Part shown: positions 26,901 through 37,259 of the stretch, one piece after another | Position numbering within the stretch: position 1 is the stretch's first letter | Layout of the letters: every line of letters begins with the position of its first letter | NCBI GenBank assembly: GCA_001179505.1 | Contig: CDMY01000646.1 | Coordinates: 245,117-309,116 of the forward strand | Direction of reading: 5' to 3' | Origin: Vitrella brassicaformis CCMP3155 | Lineage: Eukaryota; Protista; Chromerida | DNA: 64,000 nt | Program-made: the position numbers and the translations under genes | The notes under the pieces: generated by a model | Seen by the model: the letters and a program-made list of their open reading frames with translations, nothing else | Told to the model about the DNA's origin: nothing | Database searches by the model: none

Positions 26901-29900
26901 GGTGGTGGTGTCAGCTGTGTCGAGTCGAGTGAGTGCGATGCGGCCCAGGTGCGGGAGACCTACCGCCGGGCCGTCAAGAAGTTCTTCATGGACCACCGCA
27001 CAGCACTGCAAAGGTCACCCAAGAGAATAGGCATCTCAACCAGTGGCTGACACGAGTGTCATGCGCTCTGTGTGTGTGCAGCGATCCGTCGGCCGTGTTT
27101 GCGCTGGGTCCGCTGCGGCATGTGCGTGGCGAGTGGCTGCCCCAGTGGCACACGACGTTCGTCAGTGAGCTCAGCAAAGGCCAGCAGCTCATGCAGAAGG
27201 AACTCGGGGCCGCCACCACTAGGGTCCCGAAAGGCACCAACGGGTGAGCCGGGCGGAGGGGAAGAGGCATCGATAGAGTGTCATGATAATGTCGCCTGCT
27301 GTCCATGTGTGCAGTACCTCGACGTCGCTGGCGGCAATGGCTATAGACGAGGATCAGCTGAAGGAGGACATACAGGCCGCCACGGCAGCGCTGCGACGTC
27401 ACCCGTCGTCACGCCTGTTCCGGTTGCCGTATCCTCATCCCGACTACGCCCGCATGTATCAGGAGGGCCGGCCTCATTCCATCAGTGACCTGGAGAAGTG
27501 GGTGCCTGGGGTCGACAAGGAGGTGAGGGCCGCACACATATGGATGTGGCGGGCTGTGCTGTGAGGTGGTTCAATGTGCCGTCCTGTATGTTTCAGAAGT
27601 ACGGCTGGAGATATTGGTTGGACTACATCTTTGATATAGCCTGCAGTGCGATCGCATTCGTCAAGTCGGGCTCGGTGCGCAGCCACTACCAGCAAGCAGC
27701 CAGCTCAATCAGTTCGTCATGGCCCCTCTGTCTTTCTTTCCTCTATGTGCAGGAGGTTTCCGTGTCAGCTGCGGCGTTGGTTGCTGTCGCTACCCGCCTC
27801 GCGCGCCGCTATAATGGAGGTGTCTTTTCCTTCGGGCTGGACGAGCTGCTCTCGAAGGAGCTCGAATCGGCAGTCGGCAACCTGACCAATGTGGACCACG
27901 ATGCAGTCGATCAGCTCAGCGACCTCGACCCGACCGAGCTCGCCCGTCTATGGGATTCATGCAGGGAACACCAATTCATGCCTTGTGGAGAGGCGCTTGA
28001 GGCGCAGCCAGCGGCCAAGTGAGGGCCTCGCAGACAGGCAGACAGATAGACACTTGCAGAGGCGTCGGTACGTGCTATCTCTGCAGCCGGGGCCAGCCGT
28101 CCACTTCCACAGCAGTTGGGGCCTGCTCACAAGGGCCTTGAACACACTTGGGTAAGTAAGGTCATACGAGAGGCGATCGCACACAAGTTGCATCCTCTAA
28201 ACACTGTGGACATCACCTGCAGCTCGGCGGCATCAGTATCGCCTCCCGATGCCGCCACACGCACGGACACGCACACAGGAGACGCGACGACCGCACGCAC
28301 ACAGTGAACTGAGCGACAACGATCCGCACCACGCCACACACTTAACCCTATATGTGTGTGTCTGTCAGGGATGAGTCGACCACTCCCACTGCTGGCCGGC
28401 GCGCCCCCGATGAGCCGCAGGCCGAGATCGACAAACTGACAGACAAGTGTGCCCGACTGGAGAGGGAGCTCGCGGCCGCGCACGAGAAACTCAAGACGGC
28501 CGAGGACACACACACGAAGGAGAAGGATGGACTCAACGGGACCATCAAACGACTCCAAGACGATGTCAAGAGGTGACCAGAGAGACGGGGGGGAAGCAGT
28601 TGATTGACTGCCATCCGTACGCCCACACCGTGTGTGGGAACATGTGTGTGTAGGTTGACCAGTGAGTCGGCTGCGTCGAAGAAAATGGCTGAGAAGGAGA
28701 GAAAGGCGGCCGACGCGCAGCGCAGCACTCTCGAGGATATCCTCAAAGACAAAGACAAACAAATCAAACAGACACAAGAGACGTTAGCACCGACGCACTA
28801 CACAGACGCGCCATCCCTCCCTCCCTGTCTGTCTGTCTGTCTGTGTGCAGTGCTGACGACCGTGTGCGTCGGGTGAGCCAGCAGGTGCGCCAGGAGGCCG
28901 ACAAGGCCGCCAAGACACAGACCGACACCGTCACCAAGCAGCACAGAGAGGAGCTGGATGCTTTGCGTGGCGAGCACCGGTCGGCCATTTTGGAGCTGAG
29001 GGCGCAGCACCGGATGGCCATCGAGCAGCGAGAGACTGAGGTGCGCGGGGAGGCCGACAGGGCCCTGGCCGACGTGACGCGCAAGAGGGACCAACTGAGG
29101 CAGCGGCTGAGGGAAAAACGACTCAGGTCAGCCGGCCAACCAGAGAGAGAGGGAGGGAGAGAATACCAACGAGTCAGACGCTGCTGATGTCATGTGCGTG
29201 GTGTGTGCGCAGGTCAGCGCGTGTAGATCAGGAGAAAGACGTCGAGTTGAGTCGGCTGCGCGAGGCGGAGGCGCCGCTGAGGCGGGAGATACTCACGCTC
29301 AAACAACAGCTGTCGTCGGCACAACCACCACACAGGTCAGCAACCACACACACACACCGACAGCAGCCGTGCACCTGTCGTCTCGCCCTCATTGTCTGTG
29401 TTGCAGTCGTGTCAGTACTGAAGGTATGTCGTCTCTCGATCTGCCGTCGGTGCGTCAGCTGCTGGATGGCTTGACGTCTGAGCAGCACCGACTCACTCAG
29501 CTCCACCAGGCCGCCATCGAGCGACAAATACAACTACGCCACCAGCAGCAGCCCAACCACACATCGCCCTCCTGTTCATCATCGTCAACAGCAGCAGCAG
29601 CTGTCCCCACCCACACCGCCGCGCCCTCTATGCCCTTCTGTATCAACAATGGCTCACCACCACCACCACCAGTCAGTGGCAGCAGCAGCTCGCCACACGC
29701 AAACGGCCCCTGTGCTGCGCCATCGTCCAGCAGCAGCAGCAGCAGTGGTGGTGTTGGGTCGAGTGTGAGCAAGTGCCAGCTGTGTCTCGAGAACCCGCCA
29801 GACATCATCCTGCTGCCCTGCGGACATAAAGTGAGTCGAAGAGGAGATGGCAGCGAGTTTGTAGTGAAGGTCTGTGTGTCGTCTGTGTGTGTCTGTCAGG

Positions 29901-30322
29901 TTGTGTGTCAGGAGTGTTTTGAGAAGTGGATGGCTCCCATGCCGACCGAAGACAAACTCTGCCCTGAACACACGTACGCAATGCGATCCAATGGCTGGCA
30001 ACCGGCACACACTGGGCAGCCCCCGTGTGTGTGTGCAATGTGTGTCAGGTGTCGGCAGCCCTACTCCGAGGTTAGATACATTTTTGAGTGACCGAGTGAG
30101 TGATGGAGTGAGTGAGTGAGTGCTGTCTTGATGAGTCCGTATTTATTTATCGATGAGTGACATTTATGGCAAAATGCGACGGATGCGACGCGACAAGAGA
30201 GACGCCGAAAAGGTTTGTTTGCAGCCGAGTGAGTGAGTGAGTTAGTGAGTGATCCACATCCATCCATCCATCGGCCGGTCGGTCCGTCTATACGCCGCAG
30301 TCTGCGTACGTCAGTAGGTTAT
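20915..30322 (+). repeat. Right arm of ~9 kb inverted segmental duplication
   Basis: Inverted homology to 329-9110 including ~0.9 kb upstream of the ATG; about 0.85 kb longer because of 27300-28155. Confidence 0.95.
21825..30091 (+). CDS. Paralogous giant tandem-domain/coiled-coil/RING gene (right copy), with an apparent 1-nt frameshift and an extra three-exon cassette
   Basis: ATG 21825 (MDTAAVQSTSK). ORFs 21656-23977, 23949-24911, 24978-26036 then shifting to 25292-26494, 26121-27050, exons 27315-27522, 27597-27674, 27753-28018, coiled-coil exons and RING exons to TGA 30089-30091. The RING core sequence is the same as in the left copy. Confidence 0.7.
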
Positions 30323-30572
30323 GTTCGTGTGTATGTGCAGCGTTTTTGTGGCCTCGCTCTTTATGTGCTGTCTTGCTTGATGCGAGACGAATATTTATGC
30401 ATGTTCGTCACGTAGACATACAAGACATCCGACGAATTAATTCAAATATAGACGTCCATCGTACGGCCGCGACCAGCTTCAGATTAGTGCTTTGCCATGC
30501 TAATTGTGCAATCCAGAATCCAACACAAACCATGCACTCTGCCCACGCACCGTTTCCTTTCGATCTTTCATG

Positions 30573-32840
30573 TCAATCAGACATCGAGTCATCATCCTCT
30601 GAGTCACTACCATTATCCTCCTCGATGGCAGGCACCTCAAAACGAGCAGCCAGCGATTCAAACTCACCCACCTCGTCCACAAAACCCAGCCCGTCCCACT
30701 CGAACTGACAATCGGCATCGCCGAGGTGCTCGTTGAAGCCCTTGATGACGCCCGTGAGGCCGTACTCCTCCGCCTCGTCCAGCCGCGCCTTGTGGACCAC
30801 CTCTCGCAGACCGAAAGGCCTCCTTCCCTGCTGGCCGACCTCAGCGGAAAAGCACCGCAGTGGTGGGGCATGCACCACCTGGCCGTCCGCTTCTCGACTG
30901 CCCCCCACCACCTCCGTGTTGCCACTCGCGTGAAATACAGCAGACGCGACGAAGTGGTCCATGGCTTCATGAACGCGATGGCCGAGTCTGCCGTGGGAGC
31001 GTAGTTGAATGCCGCTGACGGTCTGGTGTGCAGTGTCTCTGTCGAAGCAAAGTGCGGCGATCCGCCATGCGATGCCCGCTGCCTCTTGTGGGCCGAAATG
31101 GAGGAGGGAGGGGACGGGGTCGTTGGGTGGGCCGTCATTGTGAGGCGTGAGGGGCAGCAGATGGGTCAGCAGAGCGGCAATCTCACGTTGGGGCCTGAGT
31201 GCAGCGTTGACGGCGTTCATGACCTCATCAGGAATGGCGTTGAGGATGCGCACATACTCATGCTTGACAATCTCGCACTCGCGCTGACGCTCGATGGTCT
31301 TGTTTGCTGCGTCGCCTTCCTCAGTCGAGGGCGGATCGGATTCTTCAGCTGGCAGAGGCGCGTCGGCGCGCCAATGCAGTCGAATCTTCTCTTTGCGCCG
31401 ACGCTCGATGGCCTTGGTTGTTGCGTCTCCTTCCTCAGTCGAGGGCGGATCGGATTCTTCAGCTGGCAGAGGCGCGCCAGCGCGCAGCAGCAGTCGAGTC
31501 TTCTCTTTGGCCATCTCGATAGTTTTCTCTCGTTTCTCTCTCGCCCTTCCCTCGGTCGCCAGCGGCTCTTCCAGCGCACACCTGATATCGCGACTGAAGC
31601 AACGCATCAGCTGAGGACCCTCCTCCATCAGGACACTCGCCGGCAGATGCTTGCAGAGAAACTCCAGCAGCCGGGGCTCGTCGACAAGGTATGCCTGATC
31701 GATCGGCCTCACGCGGTCCTCTCGGTCATCCCAGTCGTCGCCGCCCCGACTGTTGAGGGGAGCGCCGAACTCATAGAGGAGCTCATAGAATCCACGAGCG
31801 AAGTTCATAGTGAAGCATGCATGGTCCACGATCCCGTGGATGGGCTGATATGTCCCGTCATAGTAAAAGTCAGTCGCCAGGCTGCGTTTGTGCTTCAACA
31901 AGCGGCGGATGCACGGGAGAAGCGCGTCGAAGTACTGCTCATACACATCCTCGGGCGGACAAGGCGTGTGCTCCTCATCAATAAAAAACAATATGTGCTC
32001 GTCAACAATGGGATTGTCGCTGAGAATACCATCCAAAGCCGCGAGGTTGGCTTTGTGGAAGGCCATGGTCACCAACTCCTTGTCACCACGTGCTCCTCCC
32101 GCAATCAAGGCTTTGACGATGTGCTTCTGTCGCTTGCGAGATGGCCACATCGGAAGCACAACGGGAACTCCGGTCGCCTTCGTCTGCCTCGTGTGTTGCC
32201 AGTTCAGACCAGGGCATCCACCTGATGGCATCGAGAATTGCCACACGAATGATATGAATGTAATGTTACCCTTGTCCCACGGCTTGCCTGTTGGATCGTC
32301 AATCGCCAAATCAATCAAACCCAACTCCAACTCGTCCAATCTAGAACGTCTCCTCCAACTCGACATTTTTGGGATCCGCATGCGGGTGATTCTCACTCGC
32401 AGACTTGCATCCGCCCCCTGCTGGATCAGCCTCGACACGTCACGCCCTGTGATGTTCCGCCGCAGAAGCCGACACACTAACCTCTCGCTGGCCTCATTCG
32501 TGTCGGCGGGAAAGATGATGGCCACCGAGCGGTCGTTGAGCACTACTTGACGCTCATCACTGCCAGCGTTGGACGAGTTGCTGCTTGGCGCTCCGGCATC
32601 ACCAGCCAGAAAGTCCTCGAGGGCAAGACGATATCGACGCCTCTTGTGTTTGCCTTCTTGGTCAGGCGGGAAGTCAGCCAGACGCTTGGGATGGTCTGGA
32701 GGTCGCTCGCGAGGGGGAGGCACTGGCACGTCCCGGCCGCTCCTCGTATGGACCATCACGGATGGACGCACTGATGGGGTGAATGAGAGACGGTCAGCAA
32801 GTTGCTTGGGGTGGCGTGGTGGACCGTTTCTCAGGCTCAT
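30573..32840 (-). CDS. Intronless 755-aa protein with degenerate ankyrin-like repeats and a C-terminal region typical of an expanded Vitrella-type family
   Basis: Uninterrupted ORF; ankyrin-like segments (LIQQGADASL, LYEFGAPLN...RPIDQAYLVDEPRLLEFL, LLLRAGA); likely ATG at 32756 (MVHTRSG) or 32840. Family assignment is from memory, not a search. Confidence 0.75.
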   Translation of the reverse strand: MSLRNGPPRHPKQLADRLSFTPSVRPSVMVHTRSGRDVPVPPPRERPPDHPKRLADFPPDQEGKHKRRRYRLALEDFLAGDAGAPSSNSSNAGSDERQVVLNDRSVAIIFPADTNEASERLVCRLLRRNITGRDVSRLIQQGADASLRVRITRMRIPKMSSWRRRSRLDELELGLIDLAIDDPTGKPWDKGNITFISFVWQFSMPSGGCPGLNWQHTRQTKATGVPVVLPMWPSRKRQKHIVKALIAGGARGDKELVTMAFHKANLAALDGILSDNPIVDEHILFFIDEEHTPCPPEDVYEQYFDALLPCIRRLLKHKRSLATDFYYDGTYQPIHGIVDHACFTMNFARGFYELLYEFGAPLNSRGGDDWDDREDRVRPIDQAYLVDEPRLLEFLCKHLPASVLMEEGPQLMRCFSRDIRCALEEPLATEGRAREKREKTIEMAKEKTRLLLRAGAPLPAEESDPPSTEEGDATTKAIERRRKEKIRLHWRADAPLPAEESDPPSTEEGDAANKTIERQRECEIVKHEYVRILNAIPDEVMNAVNAALRPQREIAALLTHLLPLTPHNDGPPNDPVPSLLHFGPQEAAGIAWRIAALCFDRDTAHQTVSGIQLRSHGRLGHRVHEAMDHFVASAVFHASGNTEVVGGSREADGQVVHAPPLRCFSAEVGQQGRRPFGLREVVHKARLDEAEEYGLTGVIKGFNEHLGDADCQFEWDGLGFVDEVGEFESLAARFEVPAIEEDNGSDSEDDDSMSD
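31288..31510. repeat. In-frame 114-bp (38-aa) tandem duplication inside the ankyrin-like ORF
   Basis: ttcctcagtcgagggcggatcggattcttcagctggcagaggcgcg at 31317 and 31431; peptide APLPAEESDPPSTEEGDA occurs twice. Confidence 0.95.
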
Positions 32841-33431
32841 GCTGTTGGTTGCCGGCTCATCGGGTGGTTAGGGGTAGGTGTGGGTCGCTGGAAGGACGGT
32901 GGAGGGCTGGAGAGAGTGCCGCTGGGGAAGAGGGGACTGCTGCTGCAGGTGTCTGACCAAGATGCCTGCGTCACCTGAGGGGCACACAATGCAAGACAGG
33001 AGGCAGAGATTGACATTTGTGAATGTCCCTCCCTGCGTCCCCTTTGCCTCTCCACGACCTCCCTCGTGTCTTTGCCTGCAGAGTCGTGGAGTGTCGGTAC
33101 AACTCAACTGTCTGCACGACCAAGGGGAAACGAACGCAGGCAGCTTGACAAGAGCTGCCAACGCTCACCGAAGCACGAAATAGAGAGACGCCGGGAGCGG
33201 TCTGCGAGCTAAACGTGGACAAACCCTGCTATCAAAACCCAACACCTATCCTCGCCGAACGCGATCTTCGCCGCCAATGACGCGTCCGTTGTGTGAGATG
33301 CATCTGCCCACCTGAACCGCAGTTCCGCCAGGTATGTGTGCCATCACACCCATAACACCACAGCCCTCCTCTCTGTTGTCTTCCTCAGCTAGTGCGGCAT
33401 CTCTCCATCCATCCATCCCATCAACACCAAT

Positions 33432-35851
33432 ATGATATCAACGCTCCCAATGCGGCGGGCCTTTCTATTCACAGTCGCTATTGCCTCGTGGCTGAGGCCA
33501 TTCAGTGGCGCTCTCCGCGTGCAGTGGGACGGCACGGAGCGGATCAGCATGAATACCAACGGCAAATCCCGGGAGCCGCTGCAGCAGCAGCTGAGAAACA
33601 TCGAGAATGCTGTAATGGTTGGTCCTTTGGCCGTGGGAGACCCCCCGCAGGCCCTCAACTGCGTGTTTGACACGGGGAGTTTTGACCTTATGGTCAGTTC
33701 AAGACAGTGTGAAGCCTGTCTGCAGAGCGGCTCGGATGTGTTCGACGCCACCAAGTCGAAAACGTTCAAGCCGGCCGACAAGGCGGACGACAAGAACGAG
33801 GCTATGGTCAAGTTCGGGAGTGGGATTGTGCATGCGACCAAGGGATTCGACCAGGTGGTGATCCCTGACAGCTGCCCAAAGCCGAAGGGAACGATGAAGC
33901 TCGAGGCCGCCAAGTGCTCTCTCGTCACCAAAGAGGCCTTCCCCGTGTGGCAGATTGCTGACCACACAAGTGAGCACCCACACACATGAGAGGGAGGAAG
34001 GGAGGCAAGAATGTCCATTGGATGGATGGATGGATGTCTGCATCTGTTTCCTTCTGTCTCCTTCTCTCTGGTCAGTCAGCGCCTTGGAGGCGGCCAACAT
34101 CACGGCCATCGCTGGCATGCCCTGGAGCCGTCCCGACGACGAGAACATGCTCGCCCAAATGGGCGTCCACACCGTCAGCTTCTGTATCGACAAATCAGCC
34201 GCCCCACAAGCCAACACCAAGGACAAGAAGATGCACCAAACCCACGAGCAACACGAGACCATCGTCCTCGATCAGCGGAGCCTGCAGGGAAACCCAGGAG
34301 GGCCCATCGAGGTCCCGTCAGGCAATCTGCCGGCATCTGCCACGCCCCCGGGGTATCTCACGTGGAACGACAACGCGCAGCAGAAGTGCCCTGGGCTGTT
34401 CAAGACCCTCGACGTGCAGGGGAAGGTGCACTGGGCGGTGAATATGACGGGCATCGGCTTGCGCCTGAGTGACGGGACTGAGAAAGCCATATCCTGCCAC
34501 AGTGCCGACAGCAACGGCAACTTCTGTGGGTGAGAGAGAGAGAGAGAGAGAGATGGATGAACGGTTGGGTGCAAGGATGGATGGATGGATGTGTGGTGTG
34601 GTGTGGTGTGTTCTGTCCGCATCAGTGCTGTGATAGACACGGGGACGTCTCTGTTGACAGGCCCAGAGGAGGCCGTCAGCTCCCTGCTGCACCACCTCTC
34701 AACCTTCTCGCCGGAGTCTGACGGCATCGACGAGGCAAGAAAACACAGCACAACACAACTCAATACAACATCAGCATCAGTACTCGTGGAGGGGAGGGCC
34801 TTTCGTTGCGTCTATTTCTTTCTTGTCATTCGTGTCAGGGGTGCCGTTCTCTCGACAAGTTCCCGAATATCTTCATAGAGGTCGGCGGACACAAGCTGGA
34901 GCTGCCGCCAGAGCACTACATGGGTCAGTGGGGCGGGGGGGCGAGTGAGTGCACCACCAGAAGGCCAAATGCAGTGGGGGTGTGGATGGATGGAAGGCCC
35001 ATGTGCGTCTCTCTCTCTGTATCCCTTTGTGTCAGGCAAGTTCCCGGCCGAGGTAGTCGAGTACCATGGATTTTTCGACTTGGTCAAGAATGGAGCTAGA
35101 AGGTAAGGAAGGTGACACACACATAGGGTGGGTGCCATCATGTCTGTCTGTCTGTCTGTCTGTGGTCTTTTGCTCCTGCAGGAAGGAAGTGACGGTATGT
35201 GTGCCGGCCTTCATCTCTCTCGACATGGATAGCGCAAACATGGGTGAGACATACAGACAGACAGACAGACAGGCAGAGGGAGAGACCTAATGGCCTCACA
35301 CACACCTGCCCTTGTCTTCTCTCTCTCTCTCTCTCTCTCTTTCAGGAAAGGTGTTCATATTGGGTTTGCCCATCTTCTGTCAGTTCTACGCGGTCTTCAA
35401 TCGTCTGGACAAGACCATAGGCCTCCACCAGCAGGACGGATGCGACCCTTGTGCCGGCCACTCGGCCGCTCTCCACGCGGCATCAACAGACACCCAGCAG
35501 CAGCAGCAGAAGCACCACCGCAAGGCGTCCAAGAGCCCCAGAGCGTTCAGTAGAGCCCCCAAGGCCGCCGGCACCGGCAAGAGCCTGCACGAGGTGCCTG
35601 TGCGCATCAGCGAGATCGCGCCCATTTCGCCCAAGAGACGCCATCAGGAGAGGGTGTGCGGGCTCAAGCTAGACAAGAAGGAGGATTTCTCGCTGGCTCA
35701 GTCGGCCACCAACACCACTAGCAGCGGCAGGGGGCCGAGCACTTTGTATGCGCATGTGCGTGGCGGACGTGTGTACGATTTCGGCGAGTCGCGTGTGCAC
35801 ATCCGGCTGCCCCTGTGGGCCCAGGATGGCCTCACGGGGGTGCTCCTGTGA
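33432..35851 (+). CDS. Pepsin-family (A1) aspartic protease with signal peptide
   Basis: Two catalytic motifs VFDTGSFDL and AVIDTGTSLLTGP; flap VKFGSG; HWAV; FILGLPIFCQFYAVFNR. Seven exons join in frame, including one GC-AG intron. Confidence 0.93.
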
Positions 35852-35963
35852 CCATATCACAGACAGGCATGTACACAGAAATGGATGGATGGATCAGTGA
35901 GATGCATCACTATCGCTCACTTCATGTGAATTGTGCATCGCTAGTGCATGGGTGTGTCTATGT

Positions 35964-35994
<31 letters not shown>

Positions 35995-36317
35995 ACGGTG
36001 TCTGCGTGGATGGACGCTAGATGTTTCAATGTCCATTCACACATTCTGCCGGTCCACAGAAACAACTCTACTGTGGCCCTCGTCTTTCGACTGTCGTTGT
36101 GTGCCTCCTGTGAGTCTGTGCCTGCTGTGTGACTTCCCTCGTATCCCCTACAATGGGTACGAGGCAAATCAGACAGCCGGTGACGACCCCCAGAAAGAAC
36201 ACTCAGACATGACAAGGGTATCTCCACACAGCACCCACACAGGTCCTCAGCAGGCATGCCAAAAAGACAAGAAAGCTATACACCCACCACACAGACGCCC
36301 ATCCCATCCCATCCCGC

Positions 36318-37037
36318 CTATTTCTTCTTGCGTCTCTTCTGCGCCGCCTTCTTGACCTCCCTGCCGCCCACCTTGTTGCCCCTCTTGAGGTTGTCCCGCC
36401 GCACAGGAATCACAGGCGCCTGCTGCTTGACCTTCTTCCCCCCCTCCCGCAGAGACCTCGGCATCATCATGCCCTGCACATCCACCGGCGGCGCATCCAG
36501 GTCCATCGCGTCAGCCGCATCGGCCGTGTCCGTCTTGCCCTGCAGCTTCATGGCGGCCTTCTCGAGAGAGGTCATCTTCCGCCGGCCGCCGATGAAGGCC
36601 TCGTGCGACTCTGGGTTGGCCTCCGAGCGGTAGTCAATGGTGCGGACGGGGAGGTTCTGGGGGAACTGAGCGTCCGACGCATCTGCAGGGGGGAGAGGGG
36701 GAGAGAAAGACATGCATCCATCACGGCCAGGCCATTGTGTGGTCTGGGTTGTCAGCCAGCTGAATGGTCTGACTGACTTGGGAAGAGGAATGCGTTTGCA
36801 GGTTTGGGGTCTTCGACAGGCACCCCAGCTGTCAGGCGCCGGACCTTCTCGGCCTCACGAGCTGCACGCGCCTCGCCGGTCACACCTGGACACAACCACA
36901 CGCACAGAGACCGGTGGATCTCTCTGTATGGTTTGCTTGTGTGTCATCCCCGCCTCGCTCCGCTCCTTACGCTCTGATTTGGCGCGTTTGGCGGCTCTGA
37001 ACCGCCGCTTGACCTTGGAACGGATGGACTTCGCCAT
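36318..37037 (-). CDS. LLPH: LLP/Laps-like small basic nucleolar-type protein
   Basis: MAKSIRSKVKRRFRAAKR resembles the LLP N-terminus (MAKSLRSKWKRKMRA); three exons join in frame (...SE|RVTGEARAA...NAFLFP|NASDAQFPQ...IDYRSE); Lys/Arg-rich tail. Confidence 0.7.
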
Positions 37038-37259
37038 GACGCAATTACACGATGAGATTCCTCTCTCAAACCCAACACAATCCCACACACACAAAGACCG
37101 CTTCAGCAAGGACTTCGAAGCTACACAGACTTCGGCGAGCTGAGAAAAACTGCGAGCTTGTGGGAGATCTGCAACTCAAGAAGACCTCTTTTGCAAGGCA
37201 AGATCTGCACGCGGCGGCCTGACCGTGAGGGCCGACTTCCCATCCAGTCTGCAGCCGCC
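37038..37259. promoter_or_regulatory. Putative compact bidirectional promoter between LLP-like and Cx9C genes
   Basis: Divergent ATGs only 222 bp apart; no motif identified. Confidence 0.45.

Noticed and set aside
28060-28230. Degenerate RING/RBR-like peptide (TCYLC...VIREAIAHK...ITC)
   Set aside because: The Cys residues lie in different frames and the region is more simply read as intron ending at acctgcag
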